The translations under genes were made by a program, and so were the position numbers. DNA of 64,000 bases from Octopus bimaculoides (taxonomy: Eukaryota), in contig NC_068987.1 in NCBI RefSeq assembly GCF_001194135.2, forward strand, positions 47,624,122 through 47,688,121, written 5' to 3'. Within the stretch, counting starts at the first letter, position 1; each line of letters begins with the position of its first letter. Positions 38,658-50,700 of this stretch are shown here, piece by piece. A model generated the notes under the pieces. That model was not told the origin of the DNA. It saw nothing but the letters and a program-made list of their open reading frames with translations, and made no database searches.

Positions 38658-39420
38658 ATATTTGTGAATGGGTATTACAAATTGCAAAGTATACTGAATG
38701 TATTTTTTCAACGTCCTGTACAACTACATTTCAGAGAGATCCTCAAGAACTGTTATGTGAAACTAGATGTAATTAAAAGTTTCAATTTCAAAATAAAACT
38801 CTATATACATGTGTGTGCTTAGTAAAATTAGAAATAAATAAATAAATAAATCTATCTGTCTATATCTATATATATATATATCAGCTCACAACTTCTATTA
38901 TTTTTTATGACTCACTGTTTTAGCTTTTTATAAACATGTATCTATATCAGACAATGCTTCATGCAAACTATATGTACGTGTGCACGTGTATGTGGGTGGG
39001 AGGAACATAAAGGTTTATCTTTGTGTGTGTTAACTGGAGATTTTTGTCCTGGGGTTCATATAGTTCCTGTGCAGACAAACTTTATCAGCAATCTTAAACA
39101 CACTGATCACATGACAAGTCCCTTGGGACAATGAGAGAGTGTGACTTCACCTAACATATCAGAGAGGTCCCTTTTTTTGTTTTCCCAGAGGAAGATGTTT
39201 GTATGTATAAATGTATGGCAGGCCATTTAAGTCCTCTTATCAGCTCAAATATACTTGTTTAAAAAAATAATACCACTCATACTACCATACTACTCATAAT
39301 ACCATTCATTCTAAATTGTTTTGCCTCATCCTCTGTGTGTGTGTGTGTGGGGGGGGGAATGAACATTATTTTAAATTACTATTTACATTAATAGTCTCAC
39401 TTTCAGCAAGAAGTTATCAC

Positions 39421-39488
<68 letters not shown>

Positions 39489-42400
39489 GATAATCAGTAG
39501 GACTTTGTTAGCAGTGACAATTGGTCTTACATTGAGAATAAAAACAAAATGTGTCTAGGTGAGCTACCAAATGTAAGGGAGAAATGTATTGAGGTAGGGC
39601 ACTTCAATGGAAAATGAATACTGGTCTAAATCATCTCACAACACATTGCCAGACAGCTAATTTTTCTCACACACACACACAATGTAGCTTGCCTATGGTA
39701 CATTCACAAATTCAACCAATCATGTTAGAATATACATGTTTGGTATCTAACATGGGTTGAGGATGTATGTGATCACACAAAATTTATTTCTAGCAATTTA
39801 AGCCAAAAATTCATTAAACACTAGAATGAAAAAAAAATATCCTAAAAGAAAAAGAAATCTTCACCAAAAAATTTAGATAAAAGAAAAACACCCCAAAACT
39901 CAATTCACTTCAAACCATGAAATACAAAAATTAAACATTTTAGTTTCACATTCAATTTACAAAGACAAAATATGGCTGTTTTTCAAAAGTCATGTGGCTG
40001 TAAGCTGGTTTCAGTATAATTATAATTAAAGTTTTTAATGTAATCAGTGATATTAATCAATGCTGAATACTGCCATCATGATACTTGTCTTTGTTATATG
40101 TGGAGAATTTTTTTTCCTAACCAAAACAACTACATGACTTCTGGTCATTGATCTAAATAACTGCTAACAAATTAATTAGGAAGAAAGACAACAACAGAAA
40201 ATTTGTTATAACAAAAAATATAAACATTAAAACTTGAATGTAATATTGATAAATTCATGGTGAACCAACAAATACCAAGAAAACAAATAAAAATCCATAC
40301 TATATGTATTTATTTAGTGAATCCTTACACTGGTACAAAGAGAGGTGGTCCAATGGATTAGAGTAACCCTTATATATGATTAGCACTTGAGTAATACTGA
40401 CTATAGTATTTAAATCATTTATTATAATTCAAAAATGGGAGAAAATGGTTTGATAATAGGAAGAGTGTAGTATTTCCAGCAATATCTTTTGTTGAATTGT
40501 CAGAGACAAACCTTACTTGAAAGCAAACCAATTTATTCTATTTTTGAAATGTTTATACTCAATGAATGTCAATGTAGACCATTACTAGTTTCCTGGCACC
40601 ACCATTTCTACCACAAGTTAATGGCTTCTTGCATTAGCATGGAGTAGATTTAGTTGATTGACCTGCACCTGGGACTTATTTCATCAATCCCAAAAGCAAG
40701 AAATGCAACATTGATAACAGTGAAATTTGAACTCAGAACAGAGAGAGCACAACTTAAGTAAAAAGGTAGCACACTACCATTTCTGTCAACTCTATATAAG
40801 TTAACTTAGGAAATACAACCAAACATGAAGATAACTTTATAAGTTAGCTCTTACATGGTCACAATTCCAATTTGACAGCTGAACTCAAAAATGACATCAT
40901 CATCATTACCATTTAACATCCATGTTCCATGCTGGCATGGGTTGGATGGTTTGACAGGACCCAACAGCAGGCTCCACTGTCCACTTTGGCATTGTTTCTG
41001 TGGCTGGTTGCCCTTCCTAACAGTGACCACTTTACAGTATGTACTAGGAGCTTTTTTTGCCCCACCAGCACTAGTGAAGTCACCATGCAGCTTGCAAAAA
41101 ATTATGAACCCCCCAAAAGGTGGATTTATGGCGTTAAGAGTGTAAAAAAGGTGGCATTAAGAGTGAAAGAATGAGAGGAGGGGCCAGAGAAGAATAGGTT
41201 TCTTGTTGCAGAGTGGCACTCACATTTTAGAAAAGAGGATGGGGGTAGCTGGGGTAGTGCAAAGAAGAGATAATACTGGAAACAAAGTACCTGGGTGAAC
41301 CCTCAAACATATAATCTAGCCTTTATAAAGATCATGAGAAAGAAATTTATTAAACAAAAGTAAATTAAAAAATCACTGATGAATATATAGAAATCTGATC
41401 TGGAATAATTTAAAAAGAAATTTTTCTCTCAATTTTTTTTTTCAGTTATTTTCTATTTCAGACACGAACACTATTTCATTGTAAACACTTAAAACAAAAC
41501 TTGCCAACATCCACTATATTGTACATTTCAGATCACACACATTCACAGAACAAATAACAGTTAAATCTCCCTCAAATCATACCCTAATTATCTAAAAACT
41601 TTTCCATGCCTGCTTAATCAAGACTGATTTAAATATCAATAATGTTTCAGATACTAAGAGCAGCACAGGGTAAATTCAATTCATCTTTACTAAACAAGCT
41701 TTTGCATAAAGAAGACAGAAAGTCATGAAAACTTAAGATGTTCATTCCTAAAGGCAAAAGTTCCTAATCACCTAGGGCTAACATGTTGGTTTGATTATGC
41801 ATAACTGTAATGAATGAGTGGATGAGATGTTTCTTGGCACAAAGAGGGAGAGAAAAGAGAGAAGTAGAGAAACAGATAAAAACAAAGAGAAGAGTTCACA
41901 TCTAATCAGTGTCTGGATAAGGCACACAACATGTCCTCTCTCCACCCATTTCCTCATCAAGAAAATGAACTTGGTGGGAGACAATCCAATGAATTAGAAA
42001 ACTAATGGAATTCATTGTTTAAAGCACTTATATTGAATTTTATTATTTCTATGTCCAGTTTACCCATGCTAGCATGGGTCAGATGAGACTGCTTTGATCC
42101 AGTATTCCCAATGTCAATCCGTGTATATTTTCAAGTAAGTTACTTTATCTCAGGTTCAACAAGCTGCCAAACATTTTCTTTAAACAGGACAGAAACAAAA
42201 AGTACAAAAACAGATAGTGACACACACACACACACACACGTAATGACCATCTTTACAGTTCAACCCCAAACCACGCGATTGCAACCACATAGTCATGCCA
42301 GAAGGAAGCGTTTTCTGGTTTTTGTTAATGGTCCACAAGCAATAATTTTGATAGTTCCCCACCAAAAGGACTCCTCACAATACACACACACCAACTTCTC

Positions 42401-43075
42401 AAGTTCCCAGTTTCCTACCTTAAAGAATATCCATAAAGTGCTTCATATTTTGGTAACTTATCAATGACTATCAAGTTTTTAATAATATTTGTTCCAAAAA
42501 TAATTTTGGAATTATCCAAATGTACTGTGTTAAAATTTGTTTAAAAAACCCCTCTAAAACTTCTGCCTATCAACCAAAATACTTGTATCATGTATTTAAT
42601 CTGGGAACTTAAATAAATAGCAGAGAGAATTTTTATTGTAATTTGAAGAGGTTGCTTATAGTTAATATAACAAAATGGACATTTATAATAACACTTAAAA
42701 ATTTTATTTATTTAAAAAAAAATTTTAATATGTAAATTTGAAAAGGAAAATAAGTTAGTTTCAATCAAAAATGTTAAGTTTTTGAAACTAATGCTAAGAT
42801 GCTATTTCATGGTTGTCAAAAAAAAAAATTCAGTCAGGAAAAAAACAACAACAAAAGACAAAATATCAAAGACAGCATGCTTTCAAAACATTCAAGACAC
42901 TGATTGATCAAGCATTATTTAAAAATGAGAAAAAGACAAGAAAAAAAGACTGGAAGGGAGTGGGGACTGGTGAGTGAGAGAGAATCCAGCAGAAAATAAA
43001 AGGAGAGCAAGTACTAAATCCAGCTCTATTCAATAACGCTTACATGATCCAATGTTGTAAAAGGTAGCATAACAA

Positions 43076-43120
43076 CTACACTAATCCATAGTCTTTTAAT
43101 GTACTCTCCAGTGCCTCATC
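43076..43120 (-). CDS. AP1S2: AP-1 sigma, proximal alternative terminal coding exon (DEALESTLKDYGLV*)
   Basis: tttttcctattttcctcctcaag|GAT GAG GCA CTG GAG AGT ACA TTA AAA GAC TAT GGA TTA GTG TAG. Phase 0, the same 45-nt length and the same GLx* end as the distal exon. It resembles the fly isoform tail DEAVEGTLRDIGLL (recalled). Confidence 0.85.
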   Translation of the reverse strand, partial: DEALESTLKDYGLV

Positions 43121-44559
43121 CTTGAGGAGGAAAATAGGAAAAATTTAGGCAATATTAATTCAGAGAATATTTATAAGAAACTTATCCCATATGGATCTGA
43201 AAAGGAAAGTCATTTGTTAAGAAATCTGAAAAAATAGATCAGCAGAAAAACATTTGACATTTAAAGAATAAATGTTTCATATTTTCTTGAAATAGCCAAA
43301 AAGAGAAAATGAAAGGAAGGAAATGTAAATTGCATTGTTCCTGCTTTACCATATGACAACAAATAAAAAAGGGAAAAAGAGATGCTGCATTTAAAAGGTC
43401 CACAAAGAATGTGCCAAAAGAGAAATAGCAAAAACTGTAGAAGAAACAGTAGCAAAAGAAAATAAGGCTAACTCATGCATGCCAGTTTACCCAGCTAAAG
43501 AATATGATCAGTGCTATATTTGTGGAGCTGTAAGGTTTACAGATCAAAATATGAACCGTGATTTTAATAGACAGCAAATACATTCCAATGCTTATGGTTG
43601 AATATTTACACAATAAATGTTTCATTGAACAATATGGCTTTAACAGATAAAGTTCATTGTGGTTGAACATGAACATGGAATTGTAAGCCACCAAACTATT
43701 GATCAATACTCTATTCTACTTTACCAGAGAATCAGCACCTTTTCCTTTATTAATGCTGTTATTGTATTATCTCAGATATTTCCATTAGAGCAAACCTATA
43801 AACATTGCAGCATCTGCTCAAAAGAAGCATTCAGTTGCTGTTTCTAGCTATGATCACCACTATACACTGCCACTGATTGCATAGAAATTACGCGTAAACA
43901 TAGCTACTGCAGTCAAGAAATAGATATAACACAATTGTTGACACTAAAAATGTAACAAGCTATTTCTAACCCAATTACAACTACCTTTTCATCTATCAGT
44001 GATATTGAATATATTCAACTCCCCCTTTCCCAAGAACAAACCTAGTTGATCATACCAGAATTTGATCACAGAAGTTCTTACTGTCAAACATAATCCGCCA
44101 AGGCACCACACTATTCAGCTATTGTCTTGCCTCAGTCAAACAGGTTTTTCATTAGATTCTTGATCACAAATATCTTCTTTTGTCATAACTGTTGTCCCAA
44201 GGAGATATTAAAGATAAGATTTAATGGTTTGCAACAGGACAAGCTTCCACAGAGCTGCAGTTGAATCTTAGAGTAAGGAAATAGCATCCATCAAATTTCA
44301 TGTTAAAAGCATTGATCAACCTGTGCCTATAGGAAAAACCTCAAGTCCAAGAATCTCTTTAACTGCACAAAACACCTGACTTTCGCAAGTCATTTGATCA
44401 AAGATCAGGTATTGTGGCAAAATAATTAGGCTGCAGCAATTATTAAAAACATTGTAACCTGTTCATAGAGTATTGACCAAGTTGTAGACAGAAGGCAAAG
44501 ATATGAACAGCACAGATTTTTTTTCGGTGGTTTTATACAAGAGGAAAAGGATAATGCTC

Positions 44560-45050
44560 ACAACCTTTGTAGGTCCTATCTATCTGGTGAGATTCATGTG
44601 GCTGATATTTAACTGTCAACTCACTGTGTCCATAAGAAATTTTAAAAATGGGTAAGAAAAGGGATTGTAGAGGACCAATATTCTGGAGAGAAGGCCTTAA
44701 GCTATGTGACCAGAGAGCCTGAGATGGAGGAGAGAGATATATAGGCTTGAGAAGCTTACAACTGCTAGTTCTAAGGGCCAGATGCCATTGTGATCAGAAT
44801 AAGAGGTAGTGTAAGAAGTGTGTTAGTGGGATTGAAGTAAGAACATGTCCTGGAGCAAATCCTTGCAAATTAGCTGGACCTTTTAGGGGATGTAGACCAG
44901 GATGTTTTTGTTTGAAACTGCATCACCATCCTAAATGTCAGAGCAGTGTCTCTGTTTCATCGAGTCAGCAGCTGAGCTGGGTTGAAGTAGTTTCTGGCTT
45001 TGAAGAGAAAAGTTAGTTGTAAGGACACACATCAATGACTGTGGGCCCTA
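44560..45050 (-). mobile_element. CR1-group LINE 3' fragment
   Basis: Minus-strand QLTFLFKARNYFNPAQLLT, the same motif as in the 9560-11130 element. Boundaries approximate. Confidence 0.6.
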
Positions 45051-45184
45051 GCATTTTCTTTTTATATAATGATGAAAAATAATAGTGTAAAAGTAAATAT
45101 AACACGCAAATGCTATGTATACACACACACACTTCCATTCACTCTTTTTCCTTTTTTTTGTCTTATAAGTTATTTGGTAACCTT

Positions 45185-45384
45185 ATAAGGCAGCGAGTTG
45201 GCAGAATCATTAGCACGCTGGGCGAAATGCTTAGCAGTATTTCATCTGTCTTTATGTTCTCAGTTCAACTTTGCCTTTCATCCTTTCGGGGTCGATAAAT
45301 TAAGTACTAGTTGCGTACTGGGGTCGATCTAATCGACTGGCCCCCTCCCCCAAAATTTCAGGCCTTATGCCTACAGTAGAAAAG
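45185..45384 (+). mobile_element. Young SINE family B copy with 13-bp TSD (one mismatch)
   Basis: ATTTGGTAACCTT (45172-45184) and ATTTGGTGACCTT (45385-45397) flank AAGGCAGCGAGTTGGCAGAATC..TTTGCCTTTCATCCTTTCGGGGTCGATAAATTAAGTAC..GGCCTTATGCCTACAGTAGAAAAG. The central domain resembles Meta/MESC-type SINE domains (recalled, unverified). Confidence 0.88.
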
Positions 45385-45877
45385 ATTTGGTGACCTTACT
45401 AATGTTGGTGTCACAAAAAAGCACTCAGCACACACTGTAAAGTGGTTGGCATGAGGAAGGGCATCAATCTATAGAAACAATACCAAAGTTGACATTGGAA
45501 AATGATTTTATGTTATGAGACAAGTACATCAATCGTACATTTTTCCCAAGTGTTTTGATCTGTTATTTCTTAGTTTACTAAAGGCATGGCCATGTGATTA
45601 AGGAATCTGCAACCAAGTGATTTCAAGTTTATTCCCACTGTGTGGCACCTTGGGCTTATGTCTACTGTAGCCTTGGGTTGACTATTGGTTTGAGAGCGAA
45701 ATCTAGTAGATGGAGATTGTATGGAAGCCTGTTGTATGCAAGCCTTTGTGTCAGTTTGTATGTATTTGTAATGACATTGGCTGGACAGCATAATCATTAT
45801 GCTTGTAACTTGGTGGAATAAAGTACCTTTACAATATTTACATTTGACGGATATTTGTTCTCATCTTGTTTGTTGTT

Positions 45878-45923
45878 AACACAACGTTTTGGCTGATATA
45901 CCCTCCAGTCTTCATCAAATGTC
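45878..45923 (-). ncRNA. Degenerate minimal type I hammerhead ribozyme (PLE terminus)
   Basis: Minus strand: GACAT-TTGATGA-A-GACTGG-AGGGTATA-TCAGCC-AAAA-CGTT-GTGTT. Core changes are C3>U and G12>A, with one stem II mismatch. Confidence 0.6.
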
Positions 45924-45985
45924 TTAGGGAAATTTTGAACCTGGGTTCTCATTCCTAAGGTATTTTTCTATGTTATTATTATTCA

Positions 45986-46057
45986 GGTCACTGTCTGGAA
46001 TCGAACTCAGAATCTTGGGGTTAGTAGCCCGCGCTCTTAACCACTACGCTATATGCC
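45986..46057 (-). other. tRNA-like Pol III promoter module inside the PLE terminus
   Basis: 72 nt: GGCATATAGCGTAGTGGTTAAGAGCGCGGGCTACTAACCCCAAGATTCTGAGTTCGATTCCAGACAGTGACC. A box at 46041-46051, B box GAGTTCGATTCC at 45997-46008, and a GGG-CTACTAA-CCC anticodon-like arm. The acceptor stem is poor, so this is not a functional tRNA. Confidence 0.75.
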
Positions 46058-47474
46058 TGTAGGCATATTATGGAGTGAATTTTAGGGCTTATAAATTTAA
46101 TATTTTCCTATCCTTCCTTAATACCGGTTCCCATATGCTATTCATATCTGCACTCGGTCTGCTTAGGAGGTTGTTGTGTCCTAGCATATGTGCTGCTTCT
46201 TTTAGTCTTCATATTTTCCAGTGGTGTTCTCTGTCTATTATGTTAACTTCATCCCACAGGGGAGCTGGTTTCCATTTTTCCATACATGATCAGCTATACC
46301 TAATTTATCAATATCTCCTAGTGTCACAGATTTTGCGATGTTCCTCTACCCTTATTTTGAGGAGGCGACATGTTTTGCCTTTGTATAACCTACCATAGCT
46401 GCATGGGATGGAGTACACGCAGTTTTTAGTCATATTCTCTTCTATTGGTGGTTTTACTCGAGGGAAATATTTGCGAAGTGTTGTATTACTCTTGAATACT
46501 GTCCTGATGTCATATGGGCCGCATATATTTTGCATCTTTTTGGAGAGGCCTTTCACANNNNNNNNNNCCTGATGTCATATGGGCCGCATATATTTTGCAT
46601 CTTTTTGGAGAGGCCTTTCACATAGGGTAGACAGACTGTGGACAGTTTATTGGTTTCATCCTATCTGTTCTTCATAATTGAAGTGGATAGTATGTTTTGG
46701 GGGTAGTTGTTGCTTAATAGATTGCTACCTAGCTTGATCATTTCTTTGTGGTGGGTATCACGATCGCTACTTATAGTCTTTGCTCGATGTTTTAGGTACT
46801 GAGCAATCCCTCTCTTTACACTGTATGGATGGTGGGAATTGAAGTTGAGGTATCGTCCAGTGAAGGTCGGCTTGCAGTGTACGGATGTCCTGAATCCGTA
46901 CTTGGTGCATGTTATTAACACGTTCAGGAATGCTAGCTGTCTGTTTCCTTTTCCATTGTGAACTGTAAGGATGGCTTTATTGAGTTCACATGATCTAGCA
47001 GCACTTGGACATCTTCCTGGTGAGGCCAGAGTATAAAGGTATCATCAACATATCGCAGCCATAGGGTTGGTCTTAGTGGTGTTGATCCTAAAGCCAAATT
47101 TTCAAAGTATTCCATGTATATATTGGCTATTATTGGTGATAAAGGTGAACCCATAGCTAAACCCTCTTCTTGCCAATATATATCACTGAAGTAGTTAGTT
47201 TTTACACAGAAGGTCAACATTTCCATCAAGTTTCTCATTGTGGGATGAAATCAAAATAATAGACAGAGAACACTACTGGAAAATGCGATAACTAAAAGAA
47301 GCAGCACATATGCTAGGACACAACAACCTCCTAAGCAGACTGAATGCAGATATGAATAGCATATGGGAACTGGTATTAAGGAAGGATAGGAAAATATTAG
47401 ATTTATAAGCCCTGAATAATAATACCATTGAAAAATACCTTTGGGATGAGAACCCAGGTTCGAAATTTCCCCAA

Positions 47475-47520
47475 GACACCTGATGAAGGCTGAAGGGTAC
47501 ATCAGCCAAAACGTTGTGTT
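47475..47520 (+). ncRNA. Degenerate minimal type I hammerhead ribozyme (inverted PLE copy)
   Basis: GACAC-CTGATGA-A-GGCTGA-AGGGTACA-TCAGCC-AAAA-CGTT-GTGTT. CUGAUGA is intact, stem II is a perfect 6 bp, stem I is 5 bp and stem III is the palindromic ACGU. GAAA has become AAAA. Confidence 0.72.
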
Positions 47521-48535
47521 AAAAACAAACATGAGGATAAATATCCATCAAATGTGAATAATGTAAATAATGTACATAATTCCTCATCCCTTAAATATAG
47601 AACTATATAAAGTACCTTATTTGTAAATCAAGTAATAGCTGGGAAGCAGGAAGGGCATTGCATATGTCACAGATAAATGTCACAAGAAACAAGATGGAAA
47701 TTAATATGTCGTACCGTAAACCATGTCAGCATTGAAATCACAAATGTTGAAACAATGACAATTGCTAAATATCAATGAAAAGCTGGACATATAACTTTAG
47801 TGGATTGATAGTAAACAACTTGAAGTAATTCAAGCCAAAGCCAGTTTAATAGCACCACCTGACAATATGCATTATTTCTCAGCTGAATTATAAAGAAGGG
47901 CCCTTGCTGGTTTAATTTCAACTAACTCTTTAGAGGCAACTTAGACTGAATGAAGCCTACAGACAAGTATGACAAGTGAAACAAATGCTTGAAGCTAAAA
48001 TCTTTGTTTATACATCATTTGTAAACTGCAAATGAATGGTGATTTCTTATAGTAAGAATGGACCATTTGCTCATTATAGCAAGGTGATGAGAAAAGTCAC
48101 CCAGGCCATTTCCAACAAATTGGGAATGAAACACAAGGAATTGTTTGCTAACAACTAACTACCACACAACAGCATTCACCAGACCAAGCAACAATAATGT
48201 TTTACAAAAAGTTCAAAAGCACATTTTGTTTTGTTTCTTTTCTGGGGGTGATGAGCATGATGAAGCAATGTCTAATATTTGACTGGTACTTATTTTATCA
48301 AACCCCAGATGAAAGAAAGGCAAAGCCAGCATTAAAGGGATTAACCCAGAACTAAAAAAAAAGTCAATGAATAATACAAGGTATTTGATATTTAATAAAT
48401 TTTGTAAAATATCAAATATTATGTCTGCACAAGGAGAAGTTATGACATTCCAGGCAATGCTTTTCTCAGAAAGCTGTAAATAAAATTCCCAGCTTCCATC
48501 ATATTTCCTTGAAGAAAGGCCCTTCCCAAAACGTC

Positions 48536-48662
48536 TTTGCTTCCCAACCACATGGTTCCAGGTTCAGTCCCAGTATGTGGCACTTTGAGCAAGTGTTGTC
48601 TGCTATAGCCTCAGGTCAACTAAAGCCTTATGAATGGATTTGGTAGGCAGAAACTGAAAGTA

Positions 48663-48716
<54 letters not shown>

Positions 48717-48910
48717 TCAACAACTATCTGACAACTGGTGTTGGTGTGTTTACATCCCTGTATCTCAGTGGTTTGGCAAAAGCGACCAATAGAATAAGTA
48801 CCAGGGAAAAAACCCCCAAAAAACAAGGAAAACTCAGGTCAATTCATTCAACTAAGTTTCTTCATGGCAAGTACCCCAGCATGGCTGAAGTCTAATGATT
48901 GAAACAAAAG
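48536..48910 (+). mobile_element. SINE family A copy (head slightly truncated)
   Basis: CCAACCACATGGTTCCAGGTTCAGTCCC..GAGCAAGTGTTGTCTGCTATAGCCTCAGG..(TG)n..CCCCAGCATGGCTG..GATTGAAAC. Confidence 0.85.
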
Positions 48911-48999
48911 AACTGCTTTTTACGAATGAAAAACCACTAGTTTCTCCAGACTCTAGGTATTTTTCTAATGTAGCTTTTAGATATTAATATAGCTAATGA

Positions 49000-49130
49000 A
49001 GTCATGTGGCCTAGTGGTTAGGAGTGTTTGGTTCATGATAAATGCCATGGATTCAATTCCTGAACAGAGCAAGGCACTTCATTTTGCTTTGTTTCAGCCT
49101 ACTCAGCTGTAAATGAGGTCCAGCAGAGTG
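49000..49130 (+). mobile_element. SINE family C copy
   Basis: TGTGGCCTAGTGGTTAGG (A box), GGATTCAATTCC (B box), GAGCAAGGCACTTCAT..ACTCAGCTGTAAATG (CORE-like). Confidence 0.65.
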
Positions 49131-49899
49131 CTGATGCAGCTCTCTCTCCATCCAGTTGTCACAGCCTAGTGTACTACTGGATCAAAGGGTTGAAGAGTCA
49201 AAAAGATGTCAATGTAAGCTCCCAATGGCATATGCACCTAAAACAATTAGTGAAAGCAGGTATATACTTGTTCACAAGTGATGGCTGACTATTAAATATT
49301 AGTACAGTTAATTCAACAAAAAATAATATATACATGAAGAGAGAGAGAGAAAGATAATCCATGTACCACATGGTTATACACTGTATAGCAATGAAGCAAT
49401 TACACTATAGCAGTAAAGGTGATCACCCATTTCTGGATAACTCTGACCATGAAAAGTCAAATAACTGACTACAATCTCACAATAAACAGAAACAATAATG
49501 TCATGAATGTCAAATCTACATTCTTTTTCTTTTTAACCTTAATTGATGAACATTTAATATAACATAAAACTTGACTGGTCACTGTCTTCAGCTTATGAGT
49601 TATACATATGTTCTAAATATACATTTTCTTTTTCTTTTCTTGCATGTGATGTGAAATTCAATGCTTTTTGTACGCACAAACTCATAAAGCTTCATGTGCA
49701 TATCCACTGAGCATATTCACACACAGTATATACACATCATACAGGAAATCTAAATAGTGATGATAATATACAGTGTTTAGAATGAGCATATTTCAGAGCA
49801 TTCTTATCACCTTTATCAGAGACTTTCCCAGACACACAAGAGGTTGATGTGGATGAACTTTTGTAGAGGAAACAAAAAAGAGTTCCAAAAGGTTCATTC

Positions 49900-50700
49900 T
49901 GAAGTGGTGGTGGTTTAATTCACAAGTAAACACTGGTTGAGTATACTTATGGGGGAAGACATTCAAGCCTTGATAGTCTGATCTTTTTCAGACTGTACCT
50001 CCAACCGTATTGTCCGGTATGTCAGCTATTAAGATGCTAGATGGACGGTTTGGAGAAAAGTTGAAAATTTTTTGCAGTGGGTCAAGTGACTGCAAAGAGG
50101 CTCTCTTGTTTTGAGGGTGAAGTATTTAGTTCAGGGTTCAAGATAGAGTAAGCGACTAATAGAGAAAAGAAAGGGTCATATATTGGTCAGTATACAACTC
50201 AGAGGAATAGCTTTGTAAATGATAGAGGCTGGTTCCAGAATGCTGGTAGACTGGTGGATGTAAACTCTTTGCTAATCAGCTGGATAAGTATTTAGGGAGA
50301 AGCTGTCTAGATGTGCAGAGCAGTTGCTCTTTTTAAGGATATGTGAGCAATACTTTGTGCATCACATTTGTGCCATATAGAAGCTCAACAGATGTTCAGT
50401 GCTGATTTAGTTTCTGGTCTTGAAGTTGAAGCTTTCATTGTAGTTTGGCTGCTTTGGAGCTGTGGACACCATCAGAGATAAGATATTATGAGGTCTGGCA
50501 TATGTGGTGGGGGACTGTAAAAATAGATCATTAAATAAATGAGGTTAGCTGATAGCGATACTGAAATACTGGTCAGGTAAGTAAAATCATGATAGTATCT
50601 GGATTTATCTTGGCTTTAAGCAGGAGTTTGAAACAAGAGAAACTTGTTAATGATACAGAACAGGTTAAGAAAAGATAAACTAGTTGCTATACCTCTATAC
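49900..50700 (-). mobile_element. CR1-group LINE 3' fragment
   Basis: Minus-strand KTRN*ISTEHLLSFYMAQM*CTKYCSHI resembles ARNYF..EQLL.LYKAQIRP..EYCSHIW. Boundaries approximate. Confidence 0.62.

Larger units (their letters stand above)
45830..47606 (-). mobile_element. Penelope-like element (RT + GIY-YIG), 5'-truncated, with inverted 3'-end copy and 12-bp TSD
   Basis: RT motifs GLAMGSPLSPIIANIYMEYFE, WLRYVDDTF, FTMEKE and GRYLNFNSHHP; GIY-YIG motif CVYSIPCSYGRLYKGKT.RLLKIRVEEH. 47239-47570 is the inverted copy of 45840-46258. TSD ATAAAGTACCTT at 45818-45829 and 47607-47618. Confidence 0.93.

Noticed and set aside
46503-46622. 55-bp tandem duplication inside the PLE ORF
   Set aside because: Exact copies on either side of a 10-N gap indicate a negative-gap assembly artefact.
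46075-47532. ORFs 46075-46398 (+), 47251-47532 (-) and 47273-47509 (-)
   Set aside because: They are antisense shadows of PLE coding sequence. Likewise 1732-2016, 54649-54858, 60236-60451 and 61496-61687 for other elements.
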